This document shows, piece after piece, positions 33,455-43,887 of a stretch of DNA of 64,000 bases. The translations under genes and the position numbers were made by a program. The notes below the pieces were generated by a model. That model did no database searches, was not told the DNA's origin, and was given only the letters and a program-made list of their open reading frames with translations. The stretch comes from Alphaproteobacteria bacterium (GTDB lineage: Bacteria > Pseudomonadota > Alphaproteobacteria > Bin95): positions 384,001-448,000 of the forward strand of contig OZ224045.1 of NCBI GenBank assembly GCA_963665325.3, read 5' to 3'. Numbering within the stretch: position 1 is the stretch's first letter; each line of letters starts with the position of its first letter.

Positions 33455-34144
33455 CTATGACGGCAGCAGGTCCGCCAGTTCGTCCAGCCCCCGGATCTCC
33501 GCCACCGGATGGAACGGCAGCGTCTCCACCGGCGCGCCGGCCCGGTTTATCCACACCGAGCGGAACCCGAAGGCCGCCGCTCCGGCCACGTCCCAACCAT
33601 TGCCGGAGACGAAGCAGACATGTGCCGGCTGCGCGTCGAGCGCATCCACGGCAAACTGGTACACCGACGGATGCGGCTTGAAGACCCCGCACGCCTCCAC
33701 GGAGAAGACCCGGTCCAGAAGCGGCTTCAGCGCATTGGCGTTGACAGCGGCAGTCAGCATTGTCTGGGTACCGTTGGAGAGAACCGCCGTGCGCAGCCGC
33801 CGGCCCTTTATCGTTTCCAGGCAGGCCTGTGCATCCGGGAACGCGTCGAGCGAAAGATAGAGCTGCATCAACTCGGCGCGCAGCGTCGGGTCTTCAAGGT
33901 CGCAGGCGGTCATGGCGTAGTCGAGCGCCTCGCTCGTCACCTGCCAGAAATCCGCATATTTGCCCATCAGCGAGCGCAGCCAGGTGTAGTCGATCTGCTT
34001 CTGCCGCCAGAGCGCCGACAGACGGTCCGCCGCCGGTCCGATGCGCGCTCTCCGCGCCGCCAGCGGGGCGTTGAAATCGAAGAGGGTGCCATAGGCGTCG
34101 AAGACGCAGGCATGGATGTCGTGAAGGTTGCTGTCGCCTGGCAT
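33455..34144 (-). CDS. Haloacid dehalogenase type II
   Basis: FDAYGTLFD, WRQKQ, LSNG, KPHP, VSGNGWD. Confidence 0.9.
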   Translation of the reverse strand: MPGDSNLHDIHACVFDAYGTLFDFNAPLAARRARIGPAADRLSALWRQKQIDYTWLRSLMGKYADFWQVTSEALDYAMTACDLEDPTLRAELMQLYLSLDAFPDAQACLETIKGRRLRTAVLSNGTQTMLTAAVNANALKPLLDRVFSVEACGVFKPHPSVYQFAVDALDAQPAHVCFVSGNGWDVAGAAAFGFRSVWINRAGAPVETLPFHPVAEIRGLDELADLLPS

Positions 34145-34248
34145 CGGTGTCCGGCTTCCGGTTACGGTCGGTGACGGCCCCAGATTAGCTTGCGGCAAGC
34201 CCGCGGTGAAACTATGTTTCGCCCCGACAGGCAGAGGAGGTCTAGGCC

Positions 34249-35124
34249 ATGTTCAAGGGATCGCTGGTGGCGTTGATTACCCCGTTTCGGGAGGGCGGAG
34301 TCGACGAGAAAGCGTTTCAGGACTTCGTCGAGTGGCAGATCTCCGAAGGCACGCACGGGCTGGTGCCCTGCGGCACCACGGGCGAGTCGCCGACATTGAG
34401 CCATGACGAGCACAAGCGCGTGACCGAACTCTGCATCGAGGCCGCTGCAGGCCGTGTGCCGGTCGTGGCGGGTGCGGGCTCCAACTCGACGGCCGAGGCC
34501 ATCGACCTCGCCCACCACGCCAAGCAGGCAGGCGCCGACGGCGTGCTGGTTGTGACGCCCTACTACAACAAACCGAACCAGGACGGCCTCTACGCGCACT
34601 TCAAGGCGATCAACGACGCCGTCGAAATCCCGATTATCATCTACAACATTCCGCCGCGTTCCGTGGTCGACATGACTGTCGAAACCATGGCGGAGCTCGC
34701 CAAGCTGCCGAATGTCGTGGGCGTCAAGGATGCGACCACGGACCTTCAGCGGCCGATCGAGACGCGCGTCGCTGCGGGCCCCGATTTCTGCCAATTGTCG
34801 GGAGAGGACGGCACGGCCCTGCCCTTCTTGATCCAGGGCGGTGTGGGCTGCATTTCGGTGAGCGCCAATGTCGCGCCGAAGCTCTGCTCGATGATGCACG
34901 AGGCCTGGCAGCAGGGCGCGCTGGAAACGGCGATGCAGATCAACGAACGCCTGATACCGCTGCACAAGGCGATGTTCTTCCAGCCTAGTCCGGCCGGCGC
35001 CAAATACGGCGCCCATCTACTTGGGCACTGCACGCCGGATACGCGCCTGCCGTTGACGCCTGCGGCCCCGGAAACGCAGGGCCGTGTGCGCAGCGCGATG
35101 ACCGGCCTCGAACTGATCGGCTAA
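34249..35124 (+). CDS. dapA: 4-hydroxy-tetrahydrodipicolinate synthase
   Basis: GTTGESPTL, PYYNKP, YNIP, GVKDA, SGED. Confidence 0.96.
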   Translation: MFKGSLVALITPFREGGVDEKAFQDFVEWQISEGTHGLVPCGTTGESPTLSHDEHKRVTELCIEAAAGRVPVVAGAGSNSTAEAIDLAHHAKQAGADGVLVVTPYYNKPNQDGLYAHFKAINDAVEIPIIIYNIPPRSVVDMTVETMAELAKLPNVVGVKDATTDLQRPIETRVAAGPDFCQLSGEDGTALPFLIQGGVGCISVSANVAPKLCSMMHEAWQQGALETAMQINERLIPLHKAMFFQPSPAGAKYGAHLLGHCTPDTRLPLTPAAPETQGRVRSAMTGLELIG

Positions 35125-35133
35125 CCCTTCCCG

Positions 35134-35589
35134 ATGGCCGTCCGGCTGGTTGCCCAGAACCGCCGGGCGCGCCACGACTACTTCATCGAGAGTGTACTCG
35201 AGGCCGGCATGGAGCTGTCCGGCAGCGAGGTGAAGTCGCTCCGCGCCGGGCATGGGTCGATCGTGGAAGCCTATGCGGTCGAGCGGGCGGGCGAGGTGTT
35301 CCTCGTCAACGCCCATATCCCGGAATACAAGCCGGCGCGGCATTTCGGCCACACGGCGAAGCGCCCCCGCAGGCTTCTTCTCCACAGGCGCGAAATTGAC
35401 CGGCTGGCCGGCGCCGTCCGGCGCGAGGGCGCGACCATCGTGCCGCTCAAGCTCTATTTCAACGAGCGCGGGCGCGCCAAGCTGGAACTCGGCCTCGCCA
35501 GGGGCAAGCGCAAGGTGGACAAGCGCCACGCGATCAAGGAACGCGACTGGAAACGCGACAAGCAGCGCCTGATAAAGGCGCGGGACTGA
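35134..35589 (+). CDS. smpB: SsrA-binding protein
   Basis: NRRARHDY, GSEVKSLR, LLLHRREI, GK...DKR. Confidence 0.96.
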   Translation: MAVRLVAQNRRARHDYFIESVLEAGMELSGSEVKSLRAGHGSIVEAYAVERAGEVFLVNAHIPEYKPARHFGHTAKRPRRLLLHRREIDRLAGAVRREGATIVPLKLYFNERGRAKLELGLARGKRKVDKRHAIKERDWKRDKQRLIKARD

Positions 35590-35613
35590 AACGCGACAGG
35601 CCGTCGGGGCGCG

Positions 35614-36654
35614 CTACCGGTTCAGCCGGGCGGCCTCTCCGATGATGCGGACGGCTTCCTCGCTGCGGGTCCGCACGGTGATGGCTGTCGCGCCGCTGTC
35701 GGCCCAGGCGCGGAAGCGCTGCTTGATGCGCGCCGGCGGGCCGATGAGCGCTTTCATGTCCACCCATTCGTCCGGCACGGCATCTGCGGCCTCGTCCTTG
35801 CGGCCGGCGAGATAAAGTTCCTGGATGCGATCCGCCGCGTCCTCGAAGCCCCGGCGGCACATCATCTGGTTGTGGAAGTTCTTGTCCCGGTGGCCCATGC
35901 CGCCGACATAGAGCGCCTCGCGCGGCTTAAGCTGCGCCAGGCCGGCCTTCACATCGTCGCCCAGGATGACATGCGGCGAGGCGACGATCTCGAAATTGTG
36001 GAAGCCCTTGCCGTTGCCGGCCCGCGCGAACCCCTGCTCCAGCCAGGGCCGGTATTCGTCGAGCGTGCCGGGCATGAAGCCGAGCGGCAGCCAGCCATCG
36101 GCGATCTCGCCGGTAAGACGCACCGTCGACTCCGCCCCGGTGCCGAGATAGATCGGGATGTCGGGGTTGGGATGCAGGATCATGCGGAGCGGTTTCGCCA
36201 TGCCGGCGGAGCCTTCGCCTTCATAGGGCAGCGAGATTTCGCGGCCATCATGCGTCACCGGCTCGTCGCGCGCGAAAATCTTGCGCATGATCGCAACGTA
36301 ATCCTTGATCCGCCAATAGGGCCGGCCCCAGGGCTGGCCGTACCAGCCCTCGACGATCTGCGGCCCCGAAACGCCAATGCCGACGATCATCCGTCCGCCG
36401 CCTGCGAGCGCATCGATGGTCTGCGCCTGCATGGCGGCATTGGCCGGCGTGCGCGCGGCAAGCTGGATGATGCCGGTGCCGAGCTTGATCCGCTCTGTCA
36501 CGGCGGCCAGATAGGCCAGCGGCGTCATCGCGTCCGTGCCGTAAGCCTCCGCCGTCCACACCGTGTCGTAGCCCAGCTTGTCGGCGAGCTTCACCAGTTC
36601 CGTCGGGAAATCGAGACGTGCGCCCGAGTAACCGATCGATAGGCCGAGTTTCAT
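35614..36654 (-). CDS. LLM-class (F420-dependent-like) oxidoreductase
   Basis: WTAEAYG.DA, LGTGI, GVSGPQIVEGWYG, IADGW, LYVGGMG. Confidence 0.85.
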   Translation of the reverse strand: MKLGLSIGYSGARLDFPTELVKLADKLGYDTVWTAEAYGTDAMTPLAYLAAVTERIKLGTGIIQLAARTPANAAMQAQTIDALAGGGRMIVGIGVSGPQIVEGWYGQPWGRPYWRIKDYVAIMRKIFARDEPVTHDGREISLPYEGEGSAGMAKPLRMILHPNPDIPIYLGTGAESTVRLTGEIADGWLPLGFMPGTLDEYRPWLEQGFARAGNGKGFHNFEIVASPHVILGDDVKAGLAQLKPREALYVGGMGHRDKNFHNQMMCRRGFEDAADRIQELYLAGRKDEAADAVPDEWVDMKALIGPPARIKQRFRAWADSGATAITVRTRSEEAVRIIGEAARLNR

Positions 36655-36718
36655 GGGAGGAGGTCTCCGGACTTCGGGAAAACGAGTGTGTGGGCCGCAA
36701 GCGGCGGGAGAAACGCGG

Positions 36719-37564
36719 CTACTCTGCCGCCTCCTGCCAGGCCGGCGGCAGGTCGAAGGGACGGTCGCCGGAGAGGGACGGCACGCGGCCGCGTGCTTCC
36801 GCCACGAGGGCCGTGTCGATTTCGGCGGTGACGATGCCCGGCTCCTCGCCGCCATCCGCCAGCACCTCGCCCCAGGGCGCCACGATAAGCGAGTGGCCGT
36901 AGGTGCGCCGGCCCTCGGCATGCTCGCCCACCTGCGCCGGCGCGACGATGAAGCAGCCGGTTTCGATAGCGCGAGAGCGCAACAGCACATGCCAGTGCGC
37001 GCGCCCCGTCGGCACCGTGAAGGCCGACGGCACGGTAATCACCTCGGCCCCGGCTTGTGCGAGCGCGCGGTAGAGCGCCGGAAAGCGCATGTCGTAGCAG
37101 ATCGTGAGGCCCAGTACCGCCAGCGGCGTTCGGGCGGTTACCGCGCTCTCCCCGGGCCGGTAGGTCCGGCTTTCCCGGTAGCGGTCGCCTTCGCCGATAT
37201 CCACGTCGAACATGTGGATCTTGTCATAGGTCGCGGCGACCTCGCCGGCCGGGTCGAGCAGGTATGACCGGTTGGCGAGCCGCTCCTCTTCGGTGCGCGT
37301 CACCATCGAGCCCGCCAGCAGCCAGGCTCCGGTCTCGCACGCCCACTCGCGGAACGCGTCCAGCCCCCGGTGGTCGTCCTGCGACTCCGCTTTCTCCAGC
37401 ACCAGCCGCCGGCGCGGCTCCAGATAGGAGCAAACCTCGGGCGCCGCGATGAACTCCGCGCCCATGTCGCGCGCCCGGCGGACCATGCCGCCAAGCGTTT
37501 CCAAGGTCGGTCCGGTGTCCCGTTCGGCCGTGTTCTGCAGGCAGGCGACCTTGAAGACGCTCAT
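36719..37564 (-). CDS. Carbon-nitrogen hydrolase (Nit1-like)
   Basis: PE, YDKIHMFD, ICYDMRFP, RAIE, GHS. Confidence 0.9.
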   Translation of the reverse strand: MSVFKVACLQNTAERDTGPTLETLGGMVRRARDMGAEFIAAPEVCSYLEPRRRLVLEKAESQDDHRGLDAFREWACETGAWLLAGSMVTRTEEERLANRSYLLDPAGEVAATYDKIHMFDVDIGEGDRYRESRTYRPGESAVTARTPLAVLGLTICYDMRFPALYRALAQAGAEVITVPSAFTVPTGRAHWHVLLRSRAIETGCFIVAPAQVGEHAEGRRTYGHSLIVAPWGEVLADGGEEPGIVTAEIDTALVAEARGRVPSLSGDRPFDLPPAWQEAAE

Positions 37565-37827
37565 GACGCCTGCCCCTGAAGCATCGGGTCGAGCCGCCCT
37601 GCCCGCTCCAGCGCCGCGAGCTCGTCCGAGCCGCCGACATGCGCGCCGTCGATGAATATCTGCGGCACCGTATGGCGGCCGCCGGCCCGGCGCATCATCT
37701 CGCCGCGCAACGCCGGGTCGCCGTCCACATTGTATTCCGTGAAACCGGCGTCCTTGCTCTTCAGCAACCGCTTGGCGCGGTAGCAGAAGGGGCACCACAT
37801 GCTGGAATAAATCTCTACCCTTGCCAT
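37561..37827 (-). CDS. grxC: Glutaredoxin 3
   Basis: CPFC, TVPQIFI, GGSD. Confidence 0.93.
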   Translation of the reverse strand: MARVEIYSSMWCPFCYRAKRLLKSKDAGFTEYNVDGDPALRGEMMRRAGGRHTVPQIFIDGAHVGGSDELAALERAGRLDPMLQGQAS

Positions 37828-37934
37828 GGGCCCCACCATATAGCCGCGCCGCCCGGCTCGTCGAGACCTGCGCGCCCTTGACCCTTTGCGCTCCGGTGCG
37901 GATAAACCGCCCGCCGAACGGAGAACCGTCGATC

Positions 37935-38951
37935 ATGAAGCGCATTTTTTCCGGCATTCAGCCGACCGGAAACCTGCATCTGGGAAATTATCTGGGCGCC
38001 ATCCGCAATTGGGTGGATATGCAGCAGGACTTCGACTTCAACTGCATCTTCTGCATCGTCGATCTACACGCGATTACGGTTCCGCAGGACCCGGCCGAGC
38101 TGACCGCCAATACCCGCGAGGTGACTGCGGCCTTTATTGCCTCGGGCATCGACCCCCAGCGCTGCATCGTCTTCAACCAGAGCATGGTGTCTGCCCATGC
38201 CGAGCTTGCCTGGGTACTGAACTGCCACGCGCCGATGGGCTGGCTCAACCGCATGACCCAGTTCAAGGAGAAGGCCGGCAAGCGGCGCGATGCCGCTGCG
38301 GTCGGGTTGTTCGCCTACCCGGTTCTCATGGCCGCCGACATCCTGCTCTATCGCGCGAGCGACGTGCCGGTCGGTGAGGACCAGAAACAGCATCTCGAGC
38401 TTTCCCGCGACATAGCGGGGGCCTTCAACCGCCACTACGACTGCGAAACGTTCGTGCTTCCGGAGCCGCGCATATTCGGCACCGCGACCAGGGTGATGAG
38501 CCTGCGCGACGGCAACGCCAAGATGAGCAAGTCCGATCCCTCGGCCAATTCGCGCATCAACCTTTCGGACGATGCCGACACCATTGCGCAGAAGGTCCGG
38601 CGCGCGAAGACCGATCCCGAGCCGCTGCCGAGCGAACCGGACGGGCTCGAAGGCAGGCCCGAGGCCACGAACCTCGTCGGCATCCATGCCGCGCTTGCGG
38701 GACTGGACGAAGCGGCAGTCTGCCGCGAATTCGGCGGACGCGGCTTCTCCGACTTCAAGGCCGCGCTCTCTGAGCTGGCCGTTGAGGTATTGTCCCCGGT
38801 GACAGCCGAGATGCGCCGGCTTATGGCCGACCCGGCCTATATCGACGGTGTGCTGGCGGACGGGGCATCGCGGGCCGGCGCCATCGCCGGTGAGACGATG
38901 GGCGAAATCAGGGACATTGTCGGCTTCCTGACGCCTCGGCCAAACGCATGA
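37935..38951 (+). CDS. trpS: Tryptophan--tRNA ligase
   Basis: [22 protein letters not shown]. Confidence 0.97.
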   Translation: MKRIFSGIQPTGNLHLGNYLGAIRNWVDMQQDFDFNCIFCIVDLHAITVPQDPAELTANTREVTAAFIASGIDPQRCIVFNQSMVSAHAELAWVLNCHAPMGWLNRMTQFKEKAGKRRDAAAVGLFAYPVLMAADILLYRASDVPVGEDQKQHLELSRDIAGAFNRHYDCETFVLPEPRIFGTATRVMSLRDGNAKMSKSDPSANSRINLSDDADTIAQKVRRAKTDPEPLPSEPDGLEGRPEATNLVGIHAALAGLDEAAVCREFGGRGFSDFKAALSELAVEVLSPVTAEMRRLMADPAYIDGVLADGASRAGAIAGETMGEIRDIVGFLTPRPNA

Positions 38952-39583
38952 AGAAGGCGGAGGTCGAGACCTTCTTCGACCGCCTGGCGGTCGCCCTGCC
39001 GGAGCCGCAGGGCGAGCTGCACTACGTCAACCCCTATACGCTGCTGGTAGCCGTCGTGCTGTCGGCCCAGGCGACCGATACGGGCGTCAACAAGGCGACA
39101 CGCGGCCTCTTCGCGGCCGCCGACACGCCGGAAGCCATGCTCGCGCTCGGCGAGGACGGTGTGCGCCACCACATCCGCACTATCGGGCTGTTCAACGCCA
39201 AGGCGCGCAATGTCATCGGGCTCTCGGAGATTCTCGTCGCTGAGCATGGCGGCGCCGTGCCCGACAGCCGCGAGGCGCTGGAGCGCCTGCCCGGCGTCGG
39301 CCGCAAGACGGCCAATGTCGTCCTCAACACAGCCTTCGGCCAGCCGACCATCGCGGTGGACACCCATATCTTCCGCGTCGGTAACCGCACCGGCCTCGCG
39401 CCCGGCAAGACGCCGCTGGAGGTGGAGAAGAAGCTCGAGCGCCGCGTGCCGGCGCACCGCAAGCTACATGCCCACCACTGGCTGATCCTGCACGGGCGCT
39501 ATGTCTGCAAGGCGAGGAAGCCGGACTGCCTTGCCTGCACCGTCAGCGACCTCTGCCGCTTCAAGGGCAAGACGACGGCCTGA
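38948..39583 (+). CDS. nth: Endonuclease III
   Basis: [21 protein letters not shown]-x6-C-x2-C-x5-C. Confidence 0.96.
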   Translation: MKKAEVETFFDRLAVALPEPQGELHYVNPYTLLVAVVLSAQATDTGVNKATRGLFAAADTPEAMLALGEDGVRHHIRTIGLFNAKARNVIGLSEILVAEHGGAVPDSREALERLPGVGRKTANVVLNTAFGQPTIAVDTHIFRVGNRTGLAPGKTPLEVEKKLERRVPAHRKLHAHHWLILHGRYVCKARKPDCLACTVSDLCRFKGKTTA

Positions 39584-39595
39584 GCGGACGCGCGC

Positions 39596-40537
39596 CTACT
39601 GCAGCTCCACCGCGTAGGTTTCGACGGGCGGCAGGGATTCCACAAGGCCGCGCTCCACAACAAACTTGGCGAAGCGCTCGTAGCGCCGCCGGTCGAGCGC
39701 CGCCGGACGCAACGCAAAACGCGGCAGCGTGTCCCTCCAGGCGCGCCGGTTGAGTTCGTCGTCGAGGTCCTTCCGGTCGCCGGCGATGAACAGCGCCCAG
39801 GCCTCGTCGGGATGGTTGATCATGTATTGGACGCCGCGCTCTACCGCGTCCACGAAGGCGCGGTAGGCGGGTCGGTCGAGCGTGTCCTTGTGGGCCACGA
39901 CGATCAGCTCGTCATAGGGGGGCACGCCCTCTTCCTCCAGATAGAAGGCGCGGCCGGGATGGCCGACGATGTCCATCTGGTTCAGCTCGAAATTGCGGAA
40001 GGCGCCGATCACAGCATCGACCTGCCCGGCAATCAGCGACGGCGAGAGGGACCAGTTGACGTTCACCTTCTCGATATCGTCCATCGTGAGCCCGTGCGGC
40101 TGGAGCACACCTTCGAGCAGGGCGTCTTCCAGCCCCGCCACGGAAAAGCCGACCCGCTTGCCCTTGAGGTCGGCAATCGTGCGGATCGGGCTGTCCTCCA
40201 GCACCACGATGGTGTTGAGCGGCGTTGCGACCAGGGTGGCTATGCGCGCCAGCGGCAGGCCGGCGGCCGCCTGCATGTGCAATTGCGGCTGGTAGGAGAC
40301 GGCGAGGTCCGCCTTGCCGGCAGCGACCAGCTTGGGCGGATCGTTGGGGTCCGCCGGCGGTACGAACTCGACCGTCAGCCCCGCATCGGCGAAGTAGCCG
40401 CGCTCCTGGGCGACATAGAGCGGTCCGTGGTCGGGGTTTATGAACCAGTCGAGCAAGACGGTGAGTTTCTCTTCCGCCGCCGCCGGGAGGGCGACGAGAA
40501 GACAGGCGGCGGCGACTGCCGGGAGACGGAACATCAT
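39596..40537 (-). CDS. thiY: NMT1/ThiY-like ABC substrate-binding protein
   Basis: LDWFINPDH, SYQP, FRNFE; lies downstream of a TPP riboswitch. Confidence 0.8.
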   Translation of the reverse strand: MMFRLPAVAAACLLVALPAAAEEKLTVLLDWFINPDHGPLYVAQERGYFADAGLTVEFVPPADPNDPPKLVAAGKADLAVSYQPQLHMQAAAGLPLARIATLVATPLNTIVVLEDSPIRTIADLKGKRVGFSVAGLEDALLEGVLQPHGLTMDDIEKVNVNWSLSPSLIAGQVDAVIGAFRNFELNQMDIVGHPGRAFYLEEEGVPPYDELIVVAHKDTLDRPAYRAFVDAVERGVQYMINHPDEAWALFIAGDRKDLDDELNRRAWRDTLPRFALRPAALDRRRYERFAKFVVERGLVESLPPVETYAVELQ

Positions 40538-41313
40538 GATGCGTTCGGGTCCTTTGCGGGCTCTTGAAGAAGGGTGTCGGCCTGCCACGGCACCGCAAGG
40601 CGGAGCAACCGATCGACGGTGAAGTAGAGGGTGAGCGCCATCGCCGCGAGGACGATCAGTGCGGCGAACATTAGGTCCACCTGCATGCGCGCATTGGCGT
40701 GCAACATCAGGTAGCCGAGCCCCGCCGACGCGCCGACCCACTCGCCGACAATGGCGCCGATGGGCGCGACCGCCGTGGCGACACGCAGGCCGGACGCGCA
40801 GGCCGGCAGGGCCGCGGGAATCCTCAGGTGGAGAAGCTGGCGCCAGCGCGACGCGCCCATGCTGCGGGCCAGATCGAGCCATCCGGGGTCGGTGCGGGAA
40901 AGGCCGTCATAGAAGGCGGCGGTCACCGGGAAGAAGATGATGAGCACGGCCATCGCCACCTTCGAGGCCATGCCGTAGCCGAGCCAGAGCACCAGAAGCG
41001 GCGCGATCGCGAAGACCGGAACCGCCTGGCTCGCCACCAGCACCGGCAGCAGCCAAAGCCGCGCCGGGCGGACATGGGCGATCACCAATGCCGAGAATGC
41101 GCCCAACGCCGCGCCGATGCAGAGACCCAGCAGGATCTCGGCCAGCGTCGTGCCGGCGTGCGGCAGAAGCAGACCGCCATGCCGGGCTAGCGCCGCCGCT
41201 ACGGCCAGCGGCCCCGGAAGGATGAATGGCTGCGCCTCCGTGATCGACACAACCGCTTGCCAGACGACTACCAGCCCGGCCGCGACAACCGCCATACGCA
41301 GCGCCGTCTTCAT
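40534..41313 (-). CDS. thiX: ABC permease (ThiX-like)
   Basis: ILPGP, SQAVPVFAIAP, APIGAIVGEW. Confidence 0.78.
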   Translation of the reverse strand: MKTALRMAVVAAGLVVVWQAVVSITEAQPFILPGPLAVAAALARHGGLLLPHAGTTLAEILLGLCIGAALGAFSALVIAHVRPARLWLLPVLVASQAVPVFAIAPLLVLWLGYGMASKVAMAVLIIFFPVTAAFYDGLSRTDPGWLDLARSMGASRWRQLLHLRIPAALPACASGLRVATAVAPIGAIVGEWVGASAGLGYLMLHANARMQVDLMFAALIVLAAMALTLYFTVDRLLRLAVPWQADTLLQEPAKDPNAS

Positions 41314-42026
41314 GCCGCGAGCCTGGCGAGCAGCGCGCCCTGCGCCGCCAGAACGGCCGGATCGCGGACGTCCCGCGGCGGAGCGAGGTCGGGCGCCGGC
41401 AGGGCTTCCAGCGCGGCCGGACGGCCGGTCATGACATAGACGCGGTCCCCGAGGCGCAGCGCCTCCAGCGGGTCGTGGGTTACGAGCAGCACGGTGCGCC
41501 CCGCCAGCAGGCGCGCCGCTAGGTCCTGCGCCGCATGGCGGGTAATGGCATCGAGGCTCCCGAACGGCTCGTCCATCAGCACGACCGGACGGTCCTCCAT
41601 CAGCGTGCGGACCAGCGCGACACGCTGTCGTTCGCCGCCGGAAAGCGTCGCCGGCCTCGCCGAGGTAGAATCCGCCAGACCCACCTGGTCCAGAAGGACG
41701 CGCGCCCGCTCGAAGTCGGGCCGCTCGCCGCGCAGCCGCGCACCCAGCACCGAATTGTCGAGAACGCTTGCCCAGGGAAGCAGCAGGTCGTCCTGGCTCA
41801 TATAGGCCACCGGCACAGCCCGGACACGGCCCGCAGCCCCGCCCCGCAGCCCCGCTATCAGCCTGAGCAGGCTCGACTTGCCGACGCCGCTCGGCCCCAG
41901 CAGGCAGGTCCAGAGGCCGGCTTCCAGGCGCACGTCCAGCCCGTCGAACAAAGGGGCGCCGCCGAAGGACAGCGATGCCCCGCGAATATCGACGGCAAAC
42001 TCTATTTCCGGCGCAATTCCGCCCAC
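41310..42026 (-). CDS. thiZ: ABC ATP-binding protein (ThiZ-like)
   Basis: GPSGVGKS, LSGGERQR, MDEPF, VTHD. Confidence 0.78.
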   Translation of the reverse strand: MGGIAPEIEFAVDIRGASLSFGGAPLFDGLDVRLEAGLWTCLLGPSGVGKSSLLRLIAGLRGGAAGRVRAVPVAYMSQDDLLLPWASVLDNSVLGARLRGERPDFERARVLLDQVGLADSTSARPATLSGGERQRVALVRTLMEDRPVVLMDEPFGSLDAITRHAAQDLAARLLAGRTVLLVTHDPLEALRLGDRVYVMTGRPAALEALPAPDLAPPRDVRDPAVLAAQGALLARLAA

Positions 42027-42030
42027 ACGC

Positions 42031-42120
42031 TCCCTCCGCCGGTACTAACCGGATCAGGTTCCTGGGGTCGTCCCGTGTGCAGGACCTCTCAGCCGCGGGC
42101 AGGCGGCTCCCCCGAGTGGA
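42031..42120 (-). ncRNA. TPP riboswitch
   Basis: Minus strand reads GGGGGAGCC...GGCTGAGA...GACCC...GAACCTGATCCGGTTAGTACCGGCGGAGGGA and abuts the ABC operon start. Confidence 0.93.
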
Positions 42121-42188
42121 ACGGGCAACATGGGCGGCGGCCGCTGCTTTGGCAAGGCCCCGCGAGGCGAGGCTGTTGTCGTGCTCGC

Positions 42189-42611
42189 TTAAAGCGCGGC
42201 TTCGTCGAGCGACTGGATGAACTGGATACCGCGGATGTTCTTTCGGCTAAGGCGCCTGTCATTGGTGATGAACAGGTCCGTGCCCGCCGCGGCGGCGCAG
42301 GCGAGCTGGATCGCATCGGGAGCGCGAATCGAACGATCCCTGCGAATTTCGGCGAAGCTCGGGACAGCGCGCCGGTCGAACGGCAGCACCGTCGTTCCCG
42401 CCTCGATCAACTCTTCATAGCGACGCCCCAGCTCCCGGTTCCCGGTGCTCTTGGGTTTGACGAGGAGTTCGCCGAGCGTGAGCGTCGAGGTGACCAACTC
42501 GTCGTTACGCTCGATCATTCGCCGGCGTAACGCCGTGACACGTTCGGCCAGGCCCCCCTTGTGCTCGACCAGATACACAAAAAGGTTCGTGTCCCAGAAT
42601 ATCCGGCTCAA
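42189..42611 (-). CDS. vapC: PIN-domain (VapC-like) ribonuclease toxin
   Basis: IFWDTNLFVY, STLTLGELLVKP, PDAIQLA, FITND. TTG start inferred. Confidence 0.85.
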   Translation of the reverse strand: MSRIFWDTNLFVYLVEHKGGLAERVTALRRRMIERNDELVTSTLTLGELLVKPKSTGNRELGRRYEELIEAGTTVLPFDRRAVPSFAEIRRDRSIRAPDAIQLACAAAAGTDLFITNDRRLSRKNIRGIQFIQSLDEAAL

Positions 42612-42836
42612 TCCCAACCTTCGCGAACCATCGAACGGTCCACCGCCCGCCAGATCAGCAGTCCGACAAGCCATACGACGACGGCGATAAGGAACCAGGT
42701 TTCCTTTTCGTCAAATTGCGGCGCGATATAGCCGGGCGTTTCGTCATTGCCCTTCGGCGTGGGTGTGAAGCCGAGCGAGTCACGGGGACTTTGCGCTTGC
42801 GCCCGGCCCGATTTTGCCTATGTTGCGCAGCCTGAT

Positions 42837-42911
42837 GCGGGAGTAGCTCAGAGGTAGAGCATCACGTTGCCAACGTGAGGGTCGCGAGTTCAAATCTCGT
42901 CTCCCGCTCCA
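42837..42911 (+). tRNA. tRNA-Gly (GCC)
   Basis: GCGGGAG acceptor stem, TCACG-TTGCCAA-CGTGA anticodon arm, GTTCAAAT T-loop, encoded CCA. Confidence 0.97.
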
Positions 42912-42930
42912 GACCCTCCCCGAAATTGCC

Positions 42931-43887
42931 TCAATGCCGCTCGGGCAGGATCTCCCCGAGGGCCTGCTCGAAGGCCTCCGGCTGCTCGTACATGGCCCAA
43001 TGCCCGGCGCGCGGCACCATGGCGATGCGGGCCGTCGGTCGAATCGCTCGCACAGCGGCAACGCGCTCCCGGAAGAACGGCCATGCAGTCCAGTCCCATT
43101 CGCCCCAGATCGCGGCAAGCGGCGCCTCGATCAACGGCAGACGGTCACGCAAGGCCGGCGTGGCGCTCACCCAGCGGCTCTTGGTCACGGCACGCATCGT
43201 GTTGGTAACCTGCATGTGAATCGCGAAGTCATCGACGGCGCGCGGGTCGGCCAGCATCAGGATCTCAAGATTGCGCCGCGCGAGGCTCTTCAGCTGCGCC
43301 GGGGTCATGTCCCGCCTGAACCGCTCAAGCGCCGGCCCCCGCGCCCGGCGCAGCCCCATCGCGCCGACGCCGACCATGGTGAAGCTGTGCAGCAGGTCCG
43401 GCAGGTAGGGAGCCGCGTGGCCGCCAACGATCCCGCCGAACGAGAACCCGACCAGATCGACCCTTCGGTCCCGCTCCTCCAGAACGGAGCGCAGGCCTTC
43501 GGCGACGATCCGCCCTATCGAATCGATGTCGCGGCGGTCCGGCGGCGGCGCCGACTCGCCAAGGCCTGGCGTATCGCAGACATAGACACGGCGCTCGCGC
43601 GCGAGCGAACGGACATTGCGGAACCAGTGCCACCAGGAGCCGTAGCCACCATGCATCAGCATGAGCGGCGGCGCCCCCGGCTCACCGAAGACCCGCCAGA
43701 CCATCTTGCCATCTCCGCATGGCGAGGTCTTGATCGTCGCCCCGGCTTCGACCGCGCGAATGGCCGCCTCGACCGCAGGCGGGGGCAGGACCGGCGGCCG
43801 CGTACTTCTGCGGAGGCCTGCAGCCACCTTGCCGTCGCCCGTCACGCCCGCGCTCTGCGTCCCGTACGGTGAAGAAAGACGAGACAA
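42931..43887 (-). CDS. Alpha/beta hydrolase; start uncertain
   Basis: HGGYGSW, DTPGLGES, GFSFG nucleophile elbow, WGEWD, AGHW. Confidence 0.85.
   Translation of the reverse strand: MSRLSSPYGTQSAGVTGDGKVAAGLRRSTRPPVLPPPAVEAAIRAVEAGATIKTSPCGDGKMVWRVFGEPGAPPLMLMHGGYGSWWHWFRNVRSLARERRVYVCDTPGLGESAPPPDRRDIDSIGRIVAEGLRSVLEERDRRVDLVGFSFGGIVGGHAAPYLPDLLHSFTMVGVGAMGLRRARGPALERFRRDMTPAQLKSLARRNLEILMLADPRAVDDFAIHMQVTNTMRAVTKSRWVSATPALRDRLPLIEAPLAAIWGEWDWTAWPFFRERVAAVRAIRPTARIAMVPRAGHWAMYEQPEAFEQALGEILPERH

Noticed and set aside
35134-35620. tmRNA next to smpB
   Set aside because: No intergenic space and no tRNA-like ends are visible.
42837-42911. tRNA-Gly as the integration site of the accessory region
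   Set aside because: No adjacent integrase, no duplicated tRNA 3' end seen, and housekeeping genes follow.
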